The notes under the pieces were generated by a model. The model did no database searches and was not told where the DNA came from. It worked only from the letters and a program-made list of their open reading frames with translations. A DNA stretch of 64,000 nt from SAR202 cluster bacterium. Its GTDB lineage: Bacteria; Chloroflexota; Dehalococcoidia; Lucifugimonadales; UBA826. Positions 52,717-59,223 of this stretch are shown one piece after another (within the stretch, counting starts at the first letter, position 1; every line of letters starts with the position of its first letter). Location: assembly GCA_022447825.1 (NCBI GenBank), contig JAKUTY010000001.1:127777-191776 (forward strand). Direction: 5' to 3'. The position numbers and the translations under genes were made by a program.

Positions 52717-53479
52717 GACTCTCGCTTAATTGATTTAAAAGTCTAGATTTCAAATTTACAAAATTTGGATCAGAAATAATTTCATAAGTTCTAGGTCTTT
52801 TAAAACTGACTTCTTCTATAAGCTGGATCTGACCGGGCCTAGGAGACAACAGAAAAATGCGATCTGATAAAAAAATTGCCTCTTCAACATCATGAGTAAC
52901 TAAAATTACTGTTCGAGGATTATTTTCTAATAAATTCATAAACCAAACGTAAAGATTTCTTCTCGTCAAAGCATCTAAAGCTCCAAATGGTTCATCAAGT
53001 AATAGAATTTCTGAATCAGTTAATAAAGTTCTCAAAAAAGCAACTCGTTGTCGCATTCCACCAGAAAGAGTATGAGGCAAATTTTTCTCGAATTTTTCTA
53101 ATTGAAATTCTGACAAATATTTTCTACAAATCTCTGTAGAATCTTTTTTGGAAATTCCTTTAATCTCTAAACTTAACGAGATATTTTCTAATACTGTACG
53201 CCATGGAAACAACAAATCCTTTTGCTGCATATAAGATACAGAACCTAATCGATCCTCTTGACTAAAACCTTGGAAATGAATTGAACCAAAATCAGGGTTA
53301 TCTAAACCAGCGATGAGATTCAATAAAGTACTTTTACCGCACCCACTGGGACCAATAATAGAAACAATTTCTTGTTTTTCAATACTTAAATCAATATCTC
53401 GAAGAACTTCTAAGGTTTCTCCTTGATAAATCATATTTTTATTTACTTTTTCAATTTCAATTTCAGCTGTAATAGACAT
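52706..53479 (-). CDS. ABC transporter ATP-binding protein (ThiZ-like)
   Basis: Walker [10 protein letters not shown], signature LSGGMRQRV, Walker B LLLDEP. First gene after the TPP riboswitch. Confidence 0.85.
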   Translation of the reverse strand: MSITAEIEIEKVNKNMIYQGETLEVLRDIDLSIEKQEIVSIIGPSGCGKSTLLNLIAGLDNPDFGSIHFQGFSQEDRLGSVSYMQQKDLLFPWRTVLENISLSLEIKGISKKDSTEICRKYLSEFQLEKFEKNLPHTLSGGMRQRVAFLRTLLTDSEILLLDEPFGALDALTRRNLYVWFMNLLENNPRTVILVTHDVEEAIFLSDRIFLLSPRPGQIQLIEEVSFKRPRTYEIISDPNFVNLKSRLLNQLSESRDE

Positions 53480-53502
53480 AACACCTTTAATTAAAAAATG
53501 AT

Positions 53503-53531
53503 AAAAAAAACCACTCCATTAGGGAGTGGTT
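53503..53531 (-). terminator. Riboswitch expression-platform terminator
   Basis: Minus strand reads AACCACTCCctaatGGAGTGGTT followed by eight T. Lies between the TPP aptamer and the SD (AAAGGTG) of the ABC ATPase gene. Confidence 0.75.
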
Positions 53532-53536
53532 TAAAA

Positions 53537-53610
53537 TTCCCTACGCTAGAATTACCCAGATCAGGTTCTTATGGGTCGGCACGTGCCCTCTCAGCCATTA
53601 AAGCTCCCCA
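53537..53610 (-). promoter_or_regulatory. TPP (THI-box) riboswitch aptamer
   Basis: Minus strand reads GGGGAGCtttaatgGCTGAGAgggcacgtgccgACCCataagAACCTGATCTGGGTAATTCTAGCGTAGGGAA. This matches the conserved GGGG.GC / CUGAGA / ACCC / AACCUGAUCUGG.UAAU..CAGCGUAGGGA blocks. Confidence 0.9.
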
Positions 53611-53652
53611 TGCTATTCGATTTTTAATTCAATGAGTATAGCATAATTGCAA

Positions 53653-54909
53653 TTATGTTCGTTTTAAGGGTGGTTTAGCCAATAAGATCAAAATAAATGA
53701 AATAATTCCACACACTGTTAAACCAATAAATGCCCACTTATAATCTCCAGTTCGATCAAATACATACCCTGAAATGATAGGCCCAAAAATTACTCCTATC
53801 ATCTGAATAGCACTCCTCAACCCTGCAATAGTAGCAAAAGCTTTTCTTCCAAAATAATCAGCAATTAATGCTTGAGGAATCACTGCTATACCACCTTGGG
53901 AAATTGCATATAAAACTATTGCTGGTATCGACTCAATAATAGAATCTGCAACAGCCAACATATAAATTGAAGCTGTCATACCAAGGAGAGCTACGGCCAT
54001 AACGTATCTTCTGTTTACATAATCGCCTAAATAACTTAGTCCGAATCTTCCGGGAATACTCATGAGTCCAACAGATCCTGCCCAACCTGCAGCCTGAACA
54101 GCAGTTGCTCCTAATCCCACATAATATGGAACTAAGTGCAATCCAACTCCTCCCGTTACAAATGTTCTAGCCATAATAGAAATATTCAAGAACCAAAAAC
54201 TTGAAGTACTTAATGCTTCTTTCACAGTAAAGTCATTTGAAGAATCCTCTTTAAAAATCTCGTTAGAATTAGATTTTTTTTCATGTTGCGGAATTTCACC
54301 ATCAGGCAACATTCCATAAGGTTCGGGTTTATGTCGCATCAAAGTTGCAATTGGCATTCCAATAATTGTGACTAAAATCCCAACGATTATTGATGCATTA
54401 CGCCAACCGTATTCATCTATAGACCACCCAAATGCAGGAACAATTAGACCTCCAAAGCCCACTCCAGACCACATGATTCCAAAAGCAAAACCTCGTTTTC
54501 TTTTAAACCAATTGGCTACTGCTGCAGAAGTTGGAACAACCATTCCCATACTTTGACCTAATGAAACAATTCCCACAAAAACTACCAAAAAAGAAAATAG
54601 TCCATTAACTCTACTCAGTAACACATACCCCAATCCCATTAATGGAATACCGATCAACATTAGCTTTCTTGGACCAATTCGATCGATTAATAACCCCTCT
54701 AATGGACCTAAAAAGCCAGCTTCCAATCTTGCAAAAGAAAAAATTGAGGATACTGTAGTGCGACTCCAGCCAAATTCTTTTCCCAATGGAATAATGTAAT
54801 TCCCAAAACCATGGAAATTGATGCCAGAGGACATCGCCATGATAATTGCACCGCCTATAGTAATCCACCAACCATAAAAAAAGGGCTTTTTTTGAGATTT
54901 ATTTTCCAT
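53653..54909 (-). CDS. MFS transporter (oxalate/formate-antiporter-like layout), substrate unknown
   Basis: 418-aa polytopic protein. Its ATG at 54909 overlaps the znuB-like stop by 11 nt. Confidence 0.75.
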   Translation of the reverse strand: MENKSQKKPFFYGWWITIGGAIIMAMSSGINFHGFGNYIIPLGKEFGWSRTTVSSIFSFARLEAGFLGPLEGLLIDRIGPRKLMLIGIPLMGLGYVLLSRVNGLFSFLVVFVGIVSLGQSMGMVVPTSAAVANWFKRKRGFAFGIMWSGVGFGGLIVPAFGWSIDEYGWRNASIIVGILVTIIGMPIATLMRHKPEPYGMLPDGEIPQHEKKSNSNEIFKEDSSNDFTVKEALSTSSFWFLNISIMARTFVTGGVGLHLVPYYVGLGATAVQAAGWAGSVGLMSIPGRFGLSYLGDYVNRRYVMAVALLGMTASIYMLAVADSIIESIPAIVLYAISQGGIAVIPQALIADYFGRKAFATIAGLRSAIQMIGVIFGPIISGYVFDRTGDYKWAFIGLTVCGIISFILILLAKPPLKRT

Positions 54910-55726
54910 ACATCAGGCTTTTCCTTAAACTCCAAACAACTACAAAAACACATGTAGCAGATAAAGCCATGGATGGCCCTGAAGGTAAATCCAAATAATA
55001 AGAAAGATATAATCCGCTCACTGAGGACAAAACCCCAAATAAACTTCCTACAATCATTAGAGCATAAAAATTTTTCATCACAATCTTTGCTGCAGCTGCT
55101 GGAGTAATCAACATACTTAACAACAGGATTATACCAACAGATTGTAAAGAACCCATAATTGATAAAGCCAAAAGAATTAAAAAAATATTGTTCAATAATT
55201 GTGTATTCAAACCAGATACTTTAGCTCCCACAGGATCAAAAGCTAAAAACAAAAATTGTTTATGTAAAAAGAGTAAAGTAACGATAACAATTAGAGTCAA
55301 AATCAAAGTAATATACACATCAAAATCGGATACCCCTAAAATTTGACCCAACAAAACATCCTCAACACTTAAAGCAATATCATCAAATATTGACAATAAA
55401 ATAAAACCCAAGGCAAACATCGATGAAAAAATTATTCCAATTGATGTACCCTCACCGAGACGTGATTTGTTGATCAAATAACCAATAAGTAATGCTATTA
55501 AAATGGAAGAAGGAATCGAAGCAACAAAAACACTAACACCCAAAATTAAACCAATTATCAATCCTGGTAAACTAGCATGAGCAATTGCATCACCCATAAA
55601 CTCCATATTTCTATTAATTACATATGCGCCAAGTAGAGGCAACATTACTCCAACCATTACTGCTACTAATAATGATCGAACCATAAAATCATAAGAAAAG
55701 GGTTCTAAAAAATATTCAAATCCCAT
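54899..55726 (-). CDS. znuB: Metal (Zn/Mn) ABC transporter permease, ABC-3 family
   Basis: 275-aa polytopic ZnuB/MntB-like sequence (GDAIAHASLPG). Overlaps the ATPase gene by 11 nt. Confidence 0.8.
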   Translation of the reverse strand: MGFEYFLEPFSYDFMVRSLLVAVMVGVMLPLLGAYVINRNMEFMGDAIAHASLPGLIIGLILGVSVFVASIPSSILIALLIGYLINKSRLGEGTSIGIIFSSMFALGFILLSIFDDIALSVEDVLLGQILGVSDFDVYITLILTLIVIVTLLFLHKQFLFLAFDPVGAKVSGLNTQLLNNIFLILLALSIMGSLQSVGIILLLSMLITPAAAAKIVMKNFYALMIVGSLFGVLSSVSGLYLSYYLDLPSGPSMALSATCVFVVVWSLRKSLMYGK

Positions 55727-56501
55727 TTTGATGACCGTGATTACCTAAAGCATGGTTTTGAAACATTAATTTATGAGAACCATACAATTCTTGTAATACT
55801 TCTGGAGTAAAAACTTGAAGCGGATCTCCATAAGCACAGCAATGCCTGTTTAAACATAAAACTTCATCAAATCGATCTGAAAGAGTATTCAAGTCATGAG
55901 TGGCCATCAAAATTGTCTTGCCATCGTCTCTAAGTTTTTTCAAAACATTGATAAGCTCTTCTTGAGATCCTACATCTACACCACTAAAAGCTTCATCAAG
56001 TAATAATATTTCAGCACCTTGTGCCAATGTTTTAGCTATGAAAACTCTTTGACGTTGCCCGCCAGACATTTCTTCAACTCGATCATCTATCCGATCTAAT
56101 AAACCAACTTTATCTAAAGAATTTTCAATTAAGACTTTGTTTTTTTTAGATGTAATGGGTAAAAAAGAATTCTTTTTTGTTAAACCCATTGTCACAATTT
56201 GCCTTGCCGTTAGAGAAAAATTCCAATTCACATTTTCATTTTGAGGTACATAGCCAATTACACCCTCAGATTCTTGAGGTGATAACCCTTTGATTTTAAT
56301 TGATCCATGAGTAACAGGAATCAATCCTGAAATCACATTAAATAAGGTAGTCTTGCCACCCCCATTAGGACCAACAACAGCAACTAAAGACCCTTCGGTA
56401 ACAGAAAAGGTCAAATCATCCAAAACTAATTCATTGCCAAACTCAACACAACAACCCTCAGATGTTATGGGACATTCGTTATTTAATGTGTTTTCGATCA
56501 T
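55716..56501 (-). CDS. znuC: Metal (Zn/Mn) ABC transporter ATP-binding protein
   Basis: Walker A GPNGGGKTT, signature MSGGQRQRV, Walker B LLLDEA. Confidence 0.85.
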   Translation of the reverse strand: MIENTLNNECPITSEGCCVEFGNELVLDDLTFSVTEGSLVAVVGPNGGGKTTLFNVISGLIPVTHGSIKIKGLSPQESEGVIGYVPQNENVNWNFSLTARQIVTMGLTKKNSFLPITSKKNKVLIENSLDKVGLLDRIDDRVEEMSGGQRQRVFIAKTLAQGAEILLLDEAFSGVDVGSQEELINVLKKLRDDGKTILMATHDLNTLSDRFDEVLCLNRHCCAYGDPLQVFTPEVLQELYGSHKLMFQNHALGNHGHQNGI

Positions 56502-56516
56502 TACTTATAATTATCA

Positions 56517-56879
56517 TTACAAAGAAATAACTTGATCGGGTGGATTAGGAGCTAGTGCTGCGTATAGGTCAGGAAAACAACCTACTGCAACGCCATCTAC
56601 AACACCACTAGGTGTGGCATTGCCTGCCTCACCAGTTGCTAAACCTCTTTGTAAGGCACATTGATCACACATCATAATCAACATTCCTTTTTCTTTAGCA
56701 ATTTTAGATAACCTTTCTCCCTTGGGGTCGCCTTTACGCAACATAAAAGCATTATCGTCAAAGAAAAAAATTCCCAGTACATCTACACCATGATTGCCTG
56801 CTTCCAACTGAGGCAAAATCATGTCGCCTACTTTATAGTTAGCTGCATTGGGAGTATTTAAAACATAAGCTACTTTCAT
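56517..56879 (-). CDS. DsrE/DsrF/TusD-like small protein
   Basis: 120 aa with a DsrE-like layout (MKVAYVLN..., FFFDDNAF, MMCDQCALQRGL). Good SD (AAAGAGGTG). Lies 15 nt upstream of znuC. Confidence 0.6.
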   Translation of the reverse strand: MKVAYVLNTPNAANYKVGDMILPQLEAGNHGVDVLGIFFFDDNAFMLRKGDPKGERLSKIAKEKGMLIMMCDQCALQRGLATGEAGNATPSGVVDGVAVGCFPDLYAALAPNPPDQVISL

Positions 56880-56906
56880 ATCTATTCACCTCTTTAAATT
56901 TGATCC

Positions 56907-56935
56907 AATATACCTGTATAAAATCTCTGTAGCAA
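56907..56935 (-). promoter_or_regulatory. Candidate sigma70 promoter for the dsrE-like/znuCB/MFS operon
   Basis: Minus strand reads TTGCTA (56935-56930), a 17-nt spacer, then TATATT (56912-56907). About 28 nt upstream of the start codon. Confidence 0.4.
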
Positions 56936-57045
56936 ATCAAAATACAATAAATAATCTAATTACACGTTAACTTCTAATGAAGTTATGCTATATCGCACAA
57001 TAAAGATATTTAGTAAAAGATATTAATTTAGTCTTTTAGCAAAAG

Positions 57046-57228
57046 TTAACCTATTTGCTTTTCTACTTCCGCAACTTCTTTGTCACCAAGTATTCTAAAT
57101 ACTTTTGATGTGGGATCTTCAGCTGCAAAACCCTGAACAGCTTTTCTACCATTTTTCATGGTCACTATTTTAGGTTCGACGATATCTACTACCTTTCTTA
57201 ATTTAACGCTGTATGCTGTTAATTTCAT
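57046..57228 (-). CDS. Small (60 aa) basic protein; resembles a Cys-less member of the DUF5679-type zinc-ribbon family (from memory)
   Basis: Strong SD (GAGGTG, 5-nt spacing). Sequence AYSVKLRK...VTMKNGRKAVQGFAAEDPTSKVFRI parallels the pattern AYCVKCR...VTLKNGRPA.KG.CP.CGT..FRI, with all four Cys replaced. Confidence 0.6.
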   Translation of the reverse strand: MKLTAYSVKLRKVVDIVEPKIVTMKNGRKAVQGFAAEDPTSKVFRILGDKEVAEVEKQIG

Positions 57229-57339
57229 CTTTACACCTCTTTATTTTAATAACGAAAATATCGTTAATTTATTTAATAAGCCACCCCACATAATGTTGTT
57301 CCAATGTCGCAAGGAATGAAGTTTATGTGAGATGGCCCC

Positions 57340-57358
57340 CCAAACATCATATGTTTGG
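57340..57358 (-). other. 8-bp stem / 3-nt loop hairpin 20 nt after the Hc1-like gene stop
   Basis: CCAAACAT-cat-ATGTTTGG read directly. No U-tract on the minus strand; function unknown. Confidence 0.4.
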
Positions 57359-57377
57359 ATTTCTGTAGGAAAATTTA

Positions 57378-57560
57378 TTACAAGCTATTTTTCTTATCTT
57401 GGATTTCTGCTCTTCTTGCTTTAGAGAGTTTGCCTATTTCAGTAAGAGCCTTACGGGCTCGAGCAGCAGAAGCTTTTACTCCCTTTGTCTCAAAGCTACC
57501 AGATTCTGCAATATATGTTTCAAATGCATCTATTATTTCCTGGTGAATACTCATAGCCAT
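57378..57560 (-). CDS. Small histone H1-like / Hc1-family nucleoid-type protein
   Basis: 58-60 aa. The segment GVKASAARARKALTEIGKLSKARRAEI matches the Hc1-type K-A-A-x-R-x-R-K-x-L-x-E-L-x-K-L-A-K pattern. GGAGG abuts the first ATG, so the real start is probably the second Met (57554). Confidence 0.65.
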   Translation of the reverse strand: MAMSIHQEIIDAFETYIAESGSFETKGVKASAARARKALTEIGKLSKARRAEIQDKKNSL

Positions 57561-57588
57561 ACCTCCTAGCTACTTTGTTTTAATATAC

Positions 57589-58575
57589 TTATTGTTTTAG
57601 ATTTTCCACAATAATATTTACATTTGATCTTAAGAAATCTGAGTAAGATTCGTCAGCAGATCTCAATGTTTCCACCCATAAACCTGAAACCAATCTAACT
57701 CCTGTCTCTTGAGCAACTACTTCGGCTCCTTTTGATGGAGATTCAGACTCTAAAAACATGATCTTCATATCGTGTTCTTTTATTTTTTCAATCACTCCCG
57801 TCAAATCCTTTGGAGCAACACCTTCTTCAGTAGAGAAAGATGGAATCACAGTACCCACTATTTCTATCCCATATCGAGCTTCCAGATAACCCAAAGCCTC
57901 ATGAGTAGTTATCATTTTTCGATTATCTGCTGGAACTGACTGAATTAAATCATTGATCTCCTGGTCTAAAGATCTTAGTTCAGCAATATAGGAATCAGAC
58001 GAAGATTGATATGAGTCTTTGTTATCAGGATCTAAAGCAATTAACTGAGATGCAATCTCTTGAACTGCTAACTCAACTTTAGTTGGGTCAAACCAAAAAT
58101 GTGGATCGTATAAACCATGACCATGACCTTCATGGCCTTCATGACCACCATGATCATCATGATCATCCTCTTCTTTAAACTCAATTGGTTCAACCTTTGA
58201 TCCAATTTCTACTAATGCAGCTTCAGATTTAGATGCATTTTCTAACAGTTTTAATAAACCGGCCGATTCATATTTTATTCCTACAAAAAATACTAAATCA
58301 GCATTGTTAAGTTTTATTACATCTTTTGCAGTTGCTTCAAAATTGTGTGGATTAACTTGATAAGGCATCAATACGTCCACATTAACAGAATCATTAGCTA
58401 CCTGTTTTACAAATTCACCAATCATAGGTGTAGAAGCTATTACAGAATACTTACTAGGCTCCACAGAAGAAGTTTCTGTTGCAGCACTAGTTGAAGTATC
58501 TTCAACAGTAGTACACGCAACAATAAACATTGATATACAAAGAATGGTAAAGTTTAAGAAGTATTTTAATTTCAT
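57589..58575 (-). CDS. znuA: Zinc ABC transporter substrate-binding lipoprotein (ZnuA/TroA cluster)
   Basis: 328 aa. Signal peptide ending FIVAC. His/Asp-rich loop EEDDHDDHGGHEGHEGHGHG typical of Zn-specific ZnuA. Confidence 0.85.
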   Translation of the reverse strand: MKLKYFLNFTILCISMFIVACTTVEDTSTSAATETSSVEPSKYSVIASTPMIGEFVKQVANDSVNVDVLMPYQVNPHNFEATAKDVIKLNNADLVFFVGIKYESAGLLKLLENASKSEAALVEIGSKVEPIEFKEEDDHDDHGGHEGHEGHGHGLYDPHFWFDPTKVELAVQEIASQLIALDPDNKDSYQSSSDSYIAELRSLDQEINDLIQSVPADNRKMITTHEALGYLEARYGIEIVGTVIPSFSTEEGVAPKDLTGVIEKIKEHDMKIMFLESESPSKGAEVVAQETGVRLVSGLWVETLRSADESYSDFLRSNVNIIVENLKQ

Positions 58576-58597
58576 ATTTTAGTTTCCTTACAGTTGA

Positions 58598-58612
58598 GAA
58601 TGAGAATCATTC
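58598..58612. promoter_or_regulatory. Fur-family (Zur) box in the divergent znuA/zur promoter region
   Basis: GAATGAgaaTCATTC has 6-bp inverted arms. Its core AATGAGAATCATT differs at one position from the classical AATGATAATCATT. It sits between TTGAGA (58594) and TATAAT (58619) on the + strand. Confidence 0.6.
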
Positions 58613-58638
58613 CCAAAATATAATAGGTTTTATAACTG

Positions 58639-59223
58639 ATGTCAACAGATTTAGACACAACAGAATCGAATCAAAACATCACATTTGAAAACGATCGTGA
58701 AAAAAAAATATACGAACAATGTCTAAAAATATGTGGGCAAACAAACTTAAATGTAAAAAACACACCAGAATTTCAAAAAGAATTGTATGAAAAATGCCGA
58801 GATATACTAAAGGCTTCTAATATACCTCTCACTCAACCAAGAGTTAATCTGCTGATAATTTTGATGATGTATCAAAAGCCATTAACGGTCGAGGATATTA
58901 TCCGACTTTCAAATGGACAAATAGCAATCTCTTCAATTTATAGAAATATTAATGACCTAAAAGATAAAAATATCCTAGATGAATTCCAAACCCCCGAAAA
59001 CACTAAAGTAATTTGTTTATCTGGTATTGACGAGGATCACCACCATCATATTTTTTGTAAGTCATGTGGATCAATTAATGATATTGAACTTGATAGCTCA
59101 TTTGAAAAAGCTATTGCAAAAGAAATTAAAAAAATCGAATCCATTTACAATGTAACAGTGGATTCTCATTCATTAGAACTTTCAAGCGTTTGTAATCAAT
59201 GTCAATTGACTAACTCACATTAG
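58639..59223 (+). CDS. zur: Fur-family metalloregulator, probably Zur, with ~55-aa N-terminal extension
   Basis: 194 aa. Fur core with HHHH-IFCKSC and CNQC (two CxxC pairs). Divergent from znuA. The extra N-terminal segment contains C28, C32 and C53. Confidence 0.7.
   Translation: MSTDLDTTESNQNITFENDREKKIYEQCLKICGQTNLNVKNTPEFQKELYEKCRDILKASNIPLTQPRVNLLIILMMYQKPLTVEDIIRLSNGQIAISSIYRNINDLKDKNILDEFQTPENTKVICLSGIDEDHHHHIFCKSCGSINDIELDSSFEKAIAKEIKKIESIYNVTVDSHSLELSSVCNQCQLTNSH

Noticed and set aside
54611-54871. 86-aa alternative-frame ORF inside the MFS gene
   Set aside because: It is nested in the MFS coding region, with no independent support.
56517-56879. Interpreting the DsrE-like gene as evidence of a dsr/sox sulfur-oxidation cluster
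   Set aside because: There are no DsrF/H/C, Sox, rhodanese or Tus partners anywhere in the window. The only neighbours are metal-transport genes.
57046-57228. Small protein as a Zur-regulated ribosomal protein paralogue (L31/L33/L36/S14 type)
   Set aside because: The sequence resembles none of those families. The canonical L36 and S14 genes are present in the spc/alpha block.
57355-57546. 63-aa + strand ORF overlapping the Hc1-like gene
   Set aside because: The minus-strand gene has a GGAGG SD and a family-like sequence. The + strand translation is hydrophobic and low-complexity with no SD.
58110-58170. Repetitive cat/gac/cat-rich tract
   Set aside because: It is the coding sequence of the His/Asp-rich metal-binding loop of ZnuA, not a regulatory repeat.
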